A stretch of DNA of 64,000 nt from Cyanophora paradoxa CCMP329 (GCA_004431415.1 QPMI01000520.1:248001-312000); one strand, 5' to 3'; counted from the stretch's first letter, positions 1 to 13,327 are shown. The notes: generated by a model not told the origin, from the sequence alone. A program made the numbers and translations.

Positions 1-117
1 CTGGACGGCGTCTTCGACGACACGGTCGAAAACGTCGCGGAGGTGGCGCTCGCCGCCCAGCAGAACGCGGCGCTCGTCGGCGCGCTCGCCGACTTCCTCG
101 CCGCGAGCGCGAGCTAG
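1..117 (+). CDS. 3' end of an unidentified gene (partial, runs off window)
   Basis: Open frame LDGVFDDTVENVAEVALAAQQNAALVGALADFLAASAS ending TAG at 115-117, with strong GC3 bias. Confidence 0.55.
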   Translation: MDGVFDDTVENVAEVALAAQQNAALVGALADFLAASAS

Positions 118-350
118 CCAGCCAGCCCAGGTAGACCGGGCAATGAGTCGAGGCGTTCACCGAATGCGTGCAGGCCTATCCCTTGCCACGGCGCCCCCTC
201 CCGGTCCAGCTTCCAGCGCGCGGTGGGCGAGCGGGAGACGCCACGCGGGAGCCCCGATCCCACAGAGACCCAGGGCTGGCACGCCACGAGCGCGGGGCCT
301 CAGCGTCTTAGCCTCGGGGATCGTATTGTACAGCGCGCTGCCCTGCCCGG

Positions 351-1333
351 CTACTTTGCTTCCAGCGCGGGGCGCTTCGCGGGGTCCGCCTGCCGCCGCA
401 CCGCCCCAGTCAAGGGCGGGCGGGGAGGGACGGGGCCGGGGCGGCGGACCAGCTCCCAGAGATACGTGGCGAGCTCGGTCCTGCCCATCTCGCCCGGCCG
501 CACGTGGAAGGGCCGCACGTCCGCCGAGTCCTTCACGCTCACGTCTGCGCCACGCCGCCGCCGCGCCCCGGTGAGCGGGCGGGCGGGCCGGCTGCGGGCG
601 GGCGGGCGGGCGGAGCGCACAGCCCTTGACGTCGGGAGACGAGCGGTCCCACTTCACGCGCGTCGCGTGCGCGTAGAGCTCCAGAGCAAAGCTGCCCCCG
701 GCCACGTCGGCCGCGGCGGCGCGCGCCACACACGCCCGGCGACGCACCTCTCCCGCTCGATGTCCCGCTTCTCCAGCTCCGCAATGTCCTGCGCCTGGCC
801 CTGCAGCTGCTCCACCGTCCTGCGCATCTCCTTTATCTGCCCCTCCAGCGCTCTGCGGGCGCGCAGCGGGGTCAAGCAAGCGGCAACACTCGGCGGCGCT
901 ACAAAAGTTTATACAGAGCGCACATTCTCTCAGCTTCCATCCGCTTTATGTTCTCCAGAATCGTCTCTTTCTGCCTCTGCACCGTTCGCATCTTCTCCTG
1001 GTGCACCCGCTCAGGCTCCGGCCTCTTCGAGTCCGCCCGCACGCGCTCCACGTTATCGGAAAGCTCTGCCAACGGAAAAGGCGAGGGCGTGCCGTTAGCT
1101 AGGTATGACGCAGGCCGAGGTTTGTCCGAGCACTGGCTCAGCTGGAGGGCGGGCGCACCCCGAAGCGCATGCTTTAGCCGCTCCCTATGCTGCGTGCAGA
1201 CTTCCTTCGCTTCGAGCTGCATCTGCCGAATGCTGTGGATCTTCGCGACGTCCTTGCTCTGCGACTCCTCGTACACGTCCATGAGCTGATCAAGCATGCT
1301 CATCGCCTCCAGCAGGTTCGGCAGGCCCGCCAT
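351..1333 (-). CDS. SPC24: Kinetochore protein Spc24 (NDC80 complex), multi-exon
   Basis: Spliced product has an N-terminal coiled coil, then LELYAHATRVKWD..KG...VRPFHV...ELATYLWEL, resembling the Spc24 C-terminal RWD motif (LYxxxxxIxWD...PF...NYLW). Confidence 0.7.
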
Positions 1334-2296
1334 CGCTAGCTTCGTCGGAGGAACCGTTTGAGTCGCGATTACCGTAGCCCGACGTCAAGCCAACAAGCCG
1401 CCATGCTTCAAGCCAAGAGCCAATTGCAAGCCGATGCGGATTGCGGCTTGCGGCTTGACTGGAATTTGATCTTCAACGCGTATACGTACAGCGGCCGTAG
1501 CTATAGTACGGTTGCAATAAATTGCCACGGCCGCGGTGCACGTGCGCGTGCCACGGCCGCCGTGCACGTGTGCTATGCGCTACTGTAGATCTAGCTAGGC
1601 TATAGTTAACGTTAGCTCTAGCTGTCGACGTCGCGCGCCAAACAACCCCACATGCACACGTGGTTAACGTCGCCCCTTTTCCGCAAACCAGATCCCAGCG
1701 CCCCAAGAAGGCATGCGCTTGCACGAGGGCCTGAAAAAGAAGTTTGAACACATGATCGCATCAAGAGCTACGGCTCGGGAGCTGGATACACAAGAGCCGA
1801 ATACGAATCAGGAGCACGCTGGGCTCCGTAACAGAAGGGCAGCTTTATACACGAACTCATGATGAATGATACAATCTCAAATTTTGTGGCGAGCTCAAGG
1901 GCTGCTGAAAAATAGATAAGAGCATATAGTGCAGCAGATTGCTGAGTACCTGCATACGAGACCGAAGCACACACTGCAAGAGAACTACGCCTGATTCCTG
2001 CTCTAAGGTAAAAACGTACACACACATCATCATAGTAACTCAGGATCCGAGGTATTTTGAAATCTTCTGTCTATACACGTTGCAGTCGGGCCCTGGAGGG
2101 CTGTACAAACTAATACGAAACATCGACAAAATCTTATATGCGAATCACTGTCGGAATGTCGATGGAGAAACCATTAGGTGAAACGAAGAGCTACAAAGAG
2201 ACACGCCAATACAACGGTGGCGATGGAGCTCAAGATGAAAGTCCTTCAAAAAGAAGTCCAAAGCGGACTTTGCTACTGCTGTTGTACAATGTACGA

Positions 2297-2818
2297 TTAG
2301 AGATCGAATTGGGGCCCTCGGGTGACCGTCGAGAGCCGCGGGTCCTGCAGCTTCCAGTCGGATGAGCCATCACCAAGAGGAGAGAGTGACTCGTCGTCGA
2401 GAATAGACAGGGCCGAGGGCCGCGGCCGCTGGGCTCTCGGCATCACGATGCCCGCTGCGGTCGGTTTCCGACAGCTATCCTCGCGGGCCACGGCCAACTC
2501 CTCAATGGCCCAGGCCCAGCTGCTGCTGTTGAGGGAGACGCTACGAGGGGGCGTGCCAGAGGCCGAGGAGGTGCTGGAAGGCGGGGAGAGCTGGGGAGCC
2601 GGGGAGTGGTGCGGGGAAAGGGAAGGGGAGGCGTCATGTGAGTCCCAGCCGCAGGACGGCTGGTCCAGGTGCCTTACGTTGAGAGCCCGCACCATCTGCG
2701 CAGGCAGGCGGGTAAGTTGGCTGCCAAAGAGACGCGCAGTGCGAAGGGCCGATCGCACCCTGTCCTGCGCGGCCGCTCTTTCCATGTGGGCGAGGGCTGC
2801 GGTGAGAAGACTGCTCAT
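2297..2818 (-). CDS. Hypothetical Ser/Pro-rich protein
   Basis: ATG-initiated ORF with a probable GTGCGA..CAG intron; no recognisable domain. Confidence 0.3.
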   Translation of the reverse strand: MSSLLTAALAHMERAAAQDRVRSALRTARLFGSQLTRLPAQMVRALNVRHLDQPSCGWDSHDASPSLSPHHSPAPQLSPPSSTSSASGTPPRSVSLNSSSWAWAIEELAVAREDSCRKPTAAGIVMPRAQRPRPSALSILDDESLSPLGDGSSDWKLQDPRLSTVTRGPQFDL

Positions 2819-3669
2819 CTCGTCTCTTTGCTGCCCAGCTGCGGGTTGCGTCCCCTCGCCTCACGTGCACCGCCGATCGCTTCTCGCCCGGGCTGTGACG
2901 TTGACCGATCGCTGCTCAGGGTAATAGAGGAAGGTGGTGCTCTGTTGATGCTGCTGCTGGCTGCTGCTGCTGGTTGCTGCTGCGCGCGCGTCTGCGCGTC
3001 CCTTCTCCCCGGAGTCCCCTAAGACTTGACTGCCAAAGACGCTCGCTGAAACGGGGCGTCGCGGCCCTCGCGGGGGGAACCACGGTCCACGTACTAAAAT
3101 CTGGCAGCGCCAATTTGATATAAAGGAAATTGAAGGGCCCGGATTAATTAAATCTTTAATAATTAAGCAAAAATAATTAACACGAAAGCAATATATATGT
3201 GCATATGCATATGAGCAAGCATGACGTATACTCATGCAAACTTATTATATGTTTGCGCAATATTGTTTCAAAAACTTTTGCATTAGCCTAGTATAGGCCG
3301 GGCCGGGCCGGGGAGCCGAGTCACCATTGATATTTTCGCGACGTCGACGTCGACGTCCGTGTTCGCCGTCGGGGTTCGATTCCCGCCGAGTGCACTTCAA
3401 AGCGTGCTCTACCCCTGCCTCTCGACCGCTGCAGACGCGTACCTCTCGACCGCTGCAGACGCGACCGTAATCTTCAGCTCGATTTTGCTTAGTCGTAGTC
3501 ATAATCATAGCCTCGCGACCTCCTGCTTCCGATCCGCCAGCCCGCGCAGTCCGTTCTGTAGAATCGGGCATCTGCAGCGCGCCGCGCCCTCGGAAGCGTC
3601 CGCATTACAATAACAGAGCGCACTGCGGCTGAGGGGAGTCCCGAGACCCCCCGCAGCTAGTGCGGCGGG

Positions 3670-5684
3670 ATGGCAAACATGGACCCCGACCTTCCAGCCT
3701 GGCTGGCGTCGGCCAAGGGGTCGGCCCAGCGGTCGGAGGCGTGGAGCGCGCTCGCTAACGAGGTCTTTATCTCCCTGCGCAACGAGATGAGCGCCTTCCA
3801 CGTGCGGGTAGGCGACTCCTGAGCGGCCCCGGCCGCTCGCCGCCGCGCTGACACCCTTCGCAGTTCTTCTCGGACCTGACGGGGAAGGAACAGCTGTTGT
3901 TTCTGGAGAAGGTGCGGGAGAAGCTGCGGGAGCGGCCGGCGTACCTCAACTTCCTGGACGTGGCCAGCGACTGCTGCAACCGGGCGCTGCGGGACGAGTT
4001 CCGGCGGCAGGCGCGCAGCGCGGACGCGGATCGCGGCTCCAAGGTCGACGCGCTCGTCTCGACCTGCGCCAAGGGCGTCGAGGCGCTCCTGAGGAGGTGG
4101 CCCGACCAGCGCGAGCGCCTCCGGTGCGCGCCTCTGTCCCGCCGCGGGGCGCCGTGGGGCGTGCGGGGGGCGACGAGGGGCGGGGCGGCAGGCCGCTGAT
4201 CAACGAGGACCTGGGGCCGAACCTGCGCCGCTCCGCCTGGCGCCTCTTCCTCGGGCCCAGCGAGGCCCCCGGCGCCCACGGGCCCAGGCGCCCCCTGCCC
4301 CTCCTCCCCCCACCTCGCCCGCTGAGGCGCGGGCAGCCACGGGCGGGCGTACGAGCGGGCGGTGCAGGAGCGGCGGCTGCAGACGGTCTCGCGCTTCGAC
4401 GTGCTCATCGCGCAGCGCTGCCAGGCGCTGCTCGCCTCGCGGGCGGAGTGGGGGCACCTGCGGGGCGCGGCGAGCGTGGGGCGGATGAAGAGCGCGCTGA
4501 GCTACCTCCGGGTGCAGCGCTCCGACGACTCGGACGACGGGGGGGCGGCTCCCGAGTACCACCTCATGGTGCCCCTCCTCCACGTCTTCGAGGAGGAGGC
4601 CGCCGCCGGCAGGGCCCCCGCCCCCGCCCCCGCCCCGTCCCCCTCCCCCGACGGAGACATCCCCCAGGCCCGCCAGCGAGCTCCCCCTTCCCCCCCTATC
4701 TCGATGCGCGCCGGGGCGCTGGAGCGGGGCGGGCGGGCCGGGGGCGCAGGTGGCGCAGTACGTCGAGTTCCTCTTCAACCTGCTCGACATGCCGCGCCCG
4801 CGCCTCATCACCGACGCGCGCCCCCCGCCCGCCTCCCCGTCCCTCCCCGCGGCGGCCTGAGGCCGCGGGGCGCAGCCGCGGGGCGCGGCGGAGACGGCGG
4901 AGAACGAGCGCTTCGCGGTGGACTTCATGCGCCTCCTCAAGGACCAGGTCCCCGCCCCCGCCCCGCGCCCTCTCCGGGGCGCCCGGCTGGCTAGCCGGCC
5001 CCTAGCTTGGGCCGCCCAGGGCGCCCCGGGACCCCGCCCGCCTCTGGGGCCCTTCATGGCCTGAGGCGGCGGGGTGTAGGACCCCGAACTCTTCGACGCC
5101 CTCCTGCGCGCCCTCGCCGAGCCCGACCCCGGTAGCCCCCTCCCGCGCACGCTCCCGCGCCCCTCCCGAGGCCCCTGACGCGGGGCGGGGCCGGCGGGGG
5201 CAGAGGCGAGGCGGCGGGGCAGCGGGGGGGCGGGGGCGGGGGGCCCGCGGGGGGCGGTGGACGCGGTGTGCGGCCTGGTGGCGAACTGCGTGGAGCGCTT
5301 CTTCGTCGGGGTCGTCCCCTTCCCCACCGTCCTCTTCCTCTGGGACCAGATCCTCCTCGCCGGGCCCTGGTGCCCCCCGCGCCCTCCCCGAGCCAGCCCC
5401 GCCGCCCTCCCTCCCCCGGGCTCACTCACGGGGCGGGCAGGATCGTGCTCCACCTGAGCGCGGTGTACCTGATGCTGCTGCGCGAGTGGCTGCTGCCGTG
5501 CACGTCGGAGGCGGAGGCGCGGCGCGCGGTGGCCGAGCGCTCGCCCTCGCTCACGGCGGACGCCTTCCGCCGGGAGATGGAGCGCCGCTTCATGCCGGCC
5601 GTCCGCGCCCGCCTCCGCCTGCCCCAGCGGCCCGCGCTCGTCGACCCCGTCGCCGACACCCCGGCCCGCCTCCTCGACTCCTAG
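3670..5684 (+). CDS. Rab-GAP/TBC-like domain protein, multi-exon
   Basis: Spliced segments LGPNLRRSAWRLFL, KSALSYL, LMVPLL, FFVGVVPFPTVLFLWDQILL and LSAVYLMLLREWLL follow the TBC pattern (LRxxxW...LWD); start uncertain. Confidence 0.55.
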
Positions 5685-5798
5685 CTCTTGCCAGGGAGTG
5701 CACGCAGGCCTCTTGCTATTTACAGAGCGAGCGAAGATGAGGCTGCGGGGAGGGGAGGGCGCGGCCGGCGTGGGGCCCCCCGCCTCGGAGCGGGGCCC

Positions 5799-8700
5799 TC
5801 AGAGGGGCTCCGTGGCGTAGGTGCGGCCGCGGCCGGCGCGCTCGATGAGGCCGCGCAGCTTGTCGCGGAGGGCGCGCCCCGGGCCCGACCCCGCCCCCAG
5901 CTCCTCCAGCCGCACGTGCATCCGGTACCTGCCGCCCCGCCCCCGTCAGCGACCCGCGCGCCTCGAGGAAAGCTGCGCGGGGGTGCGCGCTTCCAGTAGT
6001 GCTCCGGGTTGCTCGGCACGTTGATCTGCGGGGGCGAGGCGTGAGGGAGGCGTCACAGGAGAGTGCGGGGGGCGGGCGGGCCTGCTCGGCGCGGGGGTCG
6101 GGGCGCTTGAGCTCGGGGCTGGCGGCGAGGATGTCCTGCACGGGGAAGACGGCGAGCAGGGAGGGGGCGGCGAGGTGCTGCTCCAGGAAGGCCTCCGCCG
6201 TGCCCGGGTCCAGGAACTTGGGGGCCTCCCCGGGGCGCCCCAGCACGTGGTTCCAGAAGCGCTGCGTCGTCCCGTAGTCCTCCTCCCACCACGCCCTGCC
6301 CCGCCCCGCCTGAGGGCCCCGGCGCCGGCGGGCGCGTCTGCTGCTCGGGGGGGCACCGGATGGTGGACATGTCGTGGCAGGACGGGGTGCAGACGGTCAT
6401 GTAGGGGTACCTGCCGCGGGGCTCGGGGGGCCGCGGAGGGAAGGCCGGGCGGGGCGGGGGCGGCGGACCGCGCGGGGACGCCGAACTCCTGCTTCGGGTC
6501 CGTCGTCATGCTGCCCCCGGGCCTCAGAGCTGGAGGAGGGGGCGGCGGGGGCGGGGGCGGGCCGCTGGATGCGGAGGCCGAGGATGGAGAGCTCGTCGAG
6601 GGTCGGGGGCACGCAGGCGGGGATCATGCCGAGGTCCTCCCCGCACACGAACATCTCCGACGCCGCCTTCATCATCGGCAGCCGCTCCAGCGCCGACCGC
6701 CGCCACGTCTCCTCCTGCCGCTCGAAGAAGTAGCTGCCCCCGCACGCACCCTCAGAGGGGCGCACGGGGCGGGGGCGGGGCGGGGGCGGACTTGTGGTAG
6801 AGCTTGCCGAGCTCGGCCTTCCAGGCGCCGGGGAGCTCGTGGAAGGAGGCCGTCTTGTACGCCTCGATCCGGAAGTGGAACTTCTGCCACGGCTCCCCCC
6901 TGCCGCCCCCCCGGCTCGAGGCGGCCCCGGCGGGCGGGGGTGGGGGGCGGGCGCGCGGGTCGCGGAGGAGGACGACGTTGGCGAGCAGGTCGAAGAGCTT
7001 CCCCTTCAGGTCCTGCCGCGGGGGGTTTCGAGGTGAGAGGCTAAAGGAAGGGGCGGGGCGGGGCGCGGACGGCGTTGGAGGCGCGCTCGGCGTCGTCCTT
7101 GGGCTTCCACCCCGCCATCAGCGCCTCCACCTTGCGCTCGCTGTCAAACTCCGCCTTGAACCGCAGCCGGCCCCCGTCCTGCCCGCTGCACGTGAGGCCC
7201 GGGGGGCGGGGCCGGGGCGGGCGGGGGCGGGCCTGGTGGAAGAAGGTGGAGGCGACCCAGCCGGCGCGCGCCCCGAAGAGCCCCGAGAGCATCGGCCAGT
7301 GCACGTGCGCGTCTGCCCCACGAGCGTGAGGCGGGGGCGGGGGTGGGCGGGGGGGAGGGGCGGGGGCGGGCACCGGTGAGGCGGTTGACGTCCCAGATAC
7401 CGCGCTTGTCGAGCTCCGACTTGTCGATGGGCAGCGCGGGGGAGAAGCGCCCCAGCAGGCCCGTCACGCAGTGCTCCGGGATCTGCTCGGGGCGAGCGAC
7501 TCGAAGGCGGCGGGGGGCGCTGGCTGGAGGCGGGATGGCGGGGCATGCTTGGCCCGGGGCGGGGCGGGCGGGGCGCGGACCTCCCAGATGCGGAAGAAGC
7601 CGAGGATGTGGTCGATGCGGTAGGCGTGGAAGAACTGGCCCATGAACGCCAGCCGCGCCCGCCACCACGCGTACCCGTCCTCCTTCATCGCCGCCCAGTT
7701 GTAGGTGGGGAAGCCCCAGTTCTGGCCCTTGTTGGCGAAGAAGTCGGGCGGGGCGCCCGTCTGCGCGTGCATGTTGAAGTCCTTCCGCGTCACCCACGTG
7801 TCCACGCTGCGGCGCGCGGGCGTGAGCTGCGGCGCCGCCGGGGCCGCCTGGCGAGCTGCGCGGGGGAGGCGCGCCAGTACTTGTTGACGCCGATGGGCAG
7901 GTCGCCCTGCGCGTGGGGCGGCGCGTGAGGGGCGCGGGGCGGGGCCGGGGGCCGGCGGGGCCGGGGACCGGCCTTGAGGGCGACGCGGCGGGCGGCGGCG
8001 TGCTGCGAGGCGGCGAGCAGCTGGTTGTACGCGTGGAACTGCGCGCCGAGGCCTCAGCGAGAGAGGCGAGGGAAGCGGAGGAGGAGGGGCCGGGCCTGGA
8101 CGAAGTAGGCGAAGGCGACGGCGTCGTAGTGGACGCTCTCCGGGGCCGCCACGGACTCCAGCCAGGCCGGGTCCGGGTCCGCCCGCGGGCCCCACTTGGC
8201 GAACTCGCTCGTCCCCGTCAGGTCCCGCAGCACGCCGAAGACCGCGTAGGGGAGCAGCCAGCGCCGCTGCCCTGCGGGAGGCGTTGGAGGGGCGGGGCGC
8301 GGGGCGCGGGGCGCGGGGCGGGGACCCTCGAAGAAGTGCGTGAAGTCGGGGGAGGCGAGGAAGGGGTCGCGGAGGGCGCGGAAGGCGCGCCGCAGCAGCC
8401 CCAGCTTCGTCCGCAGCACCTCCTGCCGCCCCGCCCCGCCGCCCCGCCGGCCTCGGGGGTCTGGGCGGGAGGGGAGGGGCGCGGGGGCCGCGCCTCGTAG
8501 TCGAGCTCCTCGTTGGGCTCCAGCCGCTCCCGCGCCTCCCGCGCCGCCTCCAGCAGCTGCGCCGGCTCGGCGGGGGAGGGGGCGGGGGGACGGGGCAGCG
8601 GGGCGGGCCTCCTGGGGCAGGCCCGGGATGGACTCGATGTGCACGTACATCGGGTGCAGCGCGAAGACCGACACCGAGCTGCCGACCCCGGCTCCCCCGT

Positions 8701-11029
8701 CAGACAGATGCTCTACGGGAGGATGGCGCCGCGGGGCAGGGCGGGCCTGTAGGGGTACGAGTCGCGCCAGGACATGGTGACCGTGGTGTCGTTCACGGGG
8801 AGCAGCTGGAGCATCTGCGGGGGGCGTCGGGGGGGAAGGGCGGGGGCGGGGGCGGGCGGGAGGGGGGGACCTGAAGACCGCAGTCGGCGGCCCAGTCGAT
8901 GGCGGCCTGCGCGAGGGCAGCGGTCAGGAGGGGAGGAGGGTGGGGGCGGGGGCCGGGGCGGGGCGGGCCTTGAGGTCGTTGAAGTCGCCGACGCCCATCG
9001 AGGCGGCCGTGCGCAGCGCGAAGACCGGCACCGCCGCCCCCGCCCCCCGCCACTCCTCCCCGTACTGCCCCCCGGTGGGCGGCGGCGGGGCGGCGCAGGG
9101 GCGCGGGGGAGGAGAAGGGGGCGCACCCGGAAGGGCGAGTCGGTGCAGTAGATCAAGTGCGGGGCCCCGGCGGCGCCCTCGAGGCGGGCCCCGGGCTGCA
9201 CCCCCTCGAACCCACCCCGCTCCGGAGCCGGCGTGTCCGTCCTCGCCCGCGCAGCCGGGGCCGCCGCCTTCGCCTCCTCGGCCTCGTCCTCGGCTGCCGC
9301 CGCCGCCTCGTCCGCCGCCCCCGCCTCCTTCCCCTCCTTCCCCGCCCGTCCCGCCCGCGCAGCCGCCGCCTCGCCTCCCTTGCCGCCGGCCTTGGCCGCG
9401 GCCGCCGGCTTCGGTGGGCTCGCTGGCGCGGGGGCGGCGCGGCCGGGCTTGCCGGCGGGCGCCGCGCCGCGCAGGAGCGGCAGGATCGGCGTCGTGGCCT
9501 CGGGCACGTGCAGCTGCCGCCGGCGTCAGGCGGCCGCGGGCGCTGCGGGCCGAAGCAGGCGGCGACGGCGGGCCTGGAAGCGGCGGTTGTCGCCCGTGTC
9601 CCCTGCCGCCGGCAATCAGAATCTTAAAATAGCTGTGGATTGCAACGAGTCTCCGCGGGGCGGGGCGGGGCGGCGCACAGACGGCGCGGCGGGAGTCGCG
9701 GTCGCGGATGAGGTACTTGTACTCGAAGGGCATGCTCGCGGGGTCGAGCAGCAGGTCCACCCGCCACGCCGTGCTGCCCCGCCCCGTCAGCGCCGGCCTG
9801 CGCGAGAGGGCGGGCGCCGCTCGCGCGCTCGCCTGCTGCCCCGGCCGTCCCGGCGCATCTCGACGGCGGCGCGGGGGTCCCAGGCGCCCAGTGCCGGCGG
9901 GCTCCCCGTCACGCACACCACGTGCCCCGGCTCGATGCGCGGCACTGCGGACCGCGGCGTCAGCGCGGCGCGGGGGGGAGGGCAAAGTGCGAGGGCGGCG
10001 CACCTTCAATGGAGAGGCGGATCCAGAGGGTCGGATTGGCGGAGACGACTGCGGGGGCGCTCAGCGGGCGGCCCGGCGGGCGCGGGGCGGGCGCGGGCGC
10101 GGGCTGGGCACCGACGGCGGGGGGCTGGCCCTTGGCAGCGGCCTCCTGCAGGTCCTTCTCCTCGGGGCGGAAGATCACCTCCTTGAACGCGCTCGTCAGG
10201 AAGTTCTGCGCCAACCCAAGTTCCCCCGCGAACGAGAATCCGAGGGGATCGCGCGCGAGGCGTCGCTGGGACGGCCCGCACGTTGCTGGAGGCCGCTGAG
10301 GAGCGCCAGAAGTCCTTCATCTCCACCTGCGCGCCTCTCGCTCGCGCTGGCGCCTCGGCCTCTCGCGCCGCGGTCAAGAGATCAATAGCGAGGGGCGGAC
10401 GGTCTGAACGGTGTCGGCTTGGGCGCGGGAGAGCTGGATGAGGCGCCAGCCTCCCTCCTCGGCGCGATGCCCCACTTGCAGCTTCAGCGCGTAACGGTAC
10501 TGGATGCCCCTCGCGAGGTCGTCCGCCCCGATGCGCGCCTCGCCGACCCACTTGCCCGCTGGCCGCCGCTGAGGGCGCGGGGAGGCGAAGTCGCGAGGGC
10601 CATACCTGGGTCGAAGCGGAGATCCATCGTGCGCACGTCCGCATCGCCAGGCTTAAGGAGGCCGCCCTCGCGCGTCTCCACGACGATCTCCTCGCCAAAC
10701 TGCGGACACACGCACGCACGTCCGCATCGTCAACGTGCAGGCAGGAGAACAAAATTCGAGCGCAGAGGCGCTCAGCTGCGCGCCCGCGCGAGGGGCCGGG
10801 GCGGCTCAATTTGTGCGGCCCAGCGGACGGCTCGGGAGGCGCGCCGACGGCGAGTGCACGAGAGCGGAAATTGCGAGACCCTCCCTGCGCGCATTCTCCC
10901 GGCGTAGGCGCGCTCGCGGAGCCCACCTTGGTGTTGAACGGGACCTCGAAGAGGACCCGGGCCTGCGCAGGACGTCATTGACGCACTAAAGAACGCATGC
11001 ACGGTGCGTACACTCGCCTGCCTCGCCAT
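5799..11029 (-). CDS. DPE2: 4-alpha-glucanotransferase DPE2 (GH77 with N-terminal CBM20 domains), >20 introns
   Basis: Motifs WRGAGAAVPVFALRT, GVGDFNDLK, QLLPVNDT, WRDSYPYSSVSVFALHPMY, KGDLPIGV, TGAPPDFF, GQNWGFPTYNW, YRIDHILGFFRIWE, CGEDLGMIP, HDMST, INVPSNPEHYWKYRMH; CBM20-like VTGSPPALGAWDP and FEYKY. Confidence 0.95.
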
Positions 11030-11086
11030 GGTCGAGCGAGAAGAGCAAACGAGGGGAGGGCGAACTGGCGGGGGGTAGTGACATCG

Positions 11087-13327
11087 ATGTTTGCTGCCGG
11101 TGGTCTCAGTAAATTGAGGATGCAGGCCGCGCGGCCGATCGTAGAAGTCCAGGATCGCTCTTCGCGCTCGCCTGCGATCTGCTCCACGCTTCCCAGCGAG
11201 GACGCGGATTCGCTGCGGTTTTTGTCCGGTGCGCCGGGTCGCCCTGCGCGCCGCCGCACCTTCCTCTCGGCAGCGCTCCCTCTGCTATGCGCACGCTATT
11301 TTGCGCCTGTACGATCGCGCGCCGCTCTGTCGCGCGCTGAGGTCGCCCGGCCGCGCACCGCTCGCAGGCTCATGGGCGCTACCCGACCCAAGTAAGCTGG
11401 GTGCTGGCGAGGATGCATGCTTCCAAACCTCCGATGGGTTCGCCAAGAAGTTTGAATTGGGACCGTGTATTCGTGTCTCACATGAGGTTGCCTACAGGCG
11501 CGGATTCGGGGTGTCGGACGGGGTGGGAGGCTGGAGTTTCGTCGGAATAGACTCGGGCGTGTTCTCTAGACAGCTGATGCTGGGCACGAAGGTTCGCTCC
11601 TGAGGATTCGAGTGTGCTCGGCGCGCGTTCGAGCCGGCCCCGAGTGATCATGATCCTGCGCAGATTGCCATTGAAGCTGGCGAGACGGATCCTATTGAGG
11701 CTCTGCGCAAGGGATTATCTGTGCGTCGCGTCCGGCTCCGCCTTCCCGGCGCACGAGCCTGACACGATCGAGCGACGGCCTTGCATCGCAGGCGACGAAA
11801 GCGGCCGGGAGCGCCACAGCGACGGTAGCCGTCTTAGACGGGCGCAACATGCGCACTTGGTGGGCTTTCGCCTTGCCCAGTCCAGCGCGCGCCCCGCTCC
11901 CTCTCCCGGCTAAGCTTGCGCGCTGCGCTCAGCCTTCTGGGCGACTCCTCCTTCATCCTGGTGCGCGCCGCGCGCCGCTGGATTCAGCGCTCGGCTGACG
12001 CCCGCGGGCGGGGCGGGGCGCAGATCCGGAACGGGGCGGTGGTGTACCGGACGGAGGAGCAGCTGCACGGCTTCAACTTCCCCTTCCAGCTGGGCGCCCA
12101 GGCCCTCGGCCAGGTCCGCCCCGCCGGCGCGCCCGCCCGCCCGCCGCTCCCGACGCCGGCCGCGCCAGCACTGGGACACGCCCGAGCAGGCGATCCGCGC
12201 CGACTTCTGCGTCTACGTGCGCCTCCACCTTCCCCCCCCCCCCCCCCCCCCCTCCCCCTCCCCCCCCTCCCCCCCTTCCCCCCTCTCTCTCTCTCTGAGC
12301 GGCGGGGTGCAGGAGGACGACGTGGTGGTGGCGGCGACGGACGGCCTCTGGGACAACCTCTTCGACGAGGAGGTGAGGAGGCCCCCCGCCCGCACCAGCT
12401 GCAGGCCCCAGCGCGCCAGCTCCTCCGCATCCGACCGCCCGCGCGCAGGTCCTCCGCATCGTCGGCACGACCCTCGGTGCGGCCCCGCGCCCTGCGAGCC
12501 GGCCGCCGCGCCGCGCCGCTCCGAGCGCGGCGGTGGCGCTGGGCGCAGCGGAGGCGGAGAAGCACGCGGAGAGGGGACGGCGGTCTCGGGGGCGGGGCGG
12601 GTGCAGCACCGGTGCCGCGGGGAGCGGCGGGCGGCGCGGCGGCTCGCGGAGGCGGCGCACCAGGCGGCGGGGACGCCGCGCCGGCAGAGCCCCTTCGCCA
12701 AGAGGGCCGCCGAGCACGCCATCCGGTGCCCCGCCTTCTCACCCCGCCCTCCCCGCGCCCGAGCGGCGGCCTTCGCTGAGACTTGGGTCTGGCGCCAGGC
12801 ACGTGGGCGGCAAGATGGACGACGTGACCGTCGTCGTCGGTGGCCCTCTTTCCTGGGCCCCCCCGTGGCGCCCGCCGAGTGCCGACCGTGGCCCCGCAGG
12901 GCGCGTGGTGGCCTTCGAGGAGTGGGCGAAGGAGCAGGAGGTCAACGCCGCCGTCGCCCGGGCGGCGCTGGCCGCCGCCGACGCCGCCGCCGCCTCCTCC
13001 TCGGCCCTCGCCACCGCCTCGGCCTCCGTCACCCTCAACAGCGTCGCCGGGGGCAGCTGCCACGGCTCCTCCCCGCCCTCCTCCCCGGGGCGGCCCGACT
13101 CGCCGGGCCCGCCCACCGTCCCGCCCTCGCCCTTCAGCTCCCCCGAGGGGCCGGGCGGCGGGCGTGCCCCGCGCTCCCCGTCCCCGTCCCCGGGCACCCG
13201 CTCCCCTTCCGGTTCCCCGCTCGGCCGCCCCTACACGACGCTCGCGAGCCTGCGCCTGCCCCGCGGGCCCCCCACCGCCGCAGGCTCCAGCCCCCGCCCC
13301 ACCTCGGGCCGCCGTCTCTCCCTGTGA
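11087..13327 (+). CDS. PTC7: PP2C-family phosphatase, PTC7/PPTC7 type
   Basis: EDACF, GVSDGVGGW, GIDSGVFSRQLM, GSATA, LGDSSF, QLHGFNFPFQLG, ATDGLWDNLFDEE, SPF, GGKMDDVTVVV. Confidence 0.9.

Noticed and set aside
3418-3463. 22-bp direct duplication upstream of the TBC-like gene
   Set aside because: Only two copies; no evidence of function
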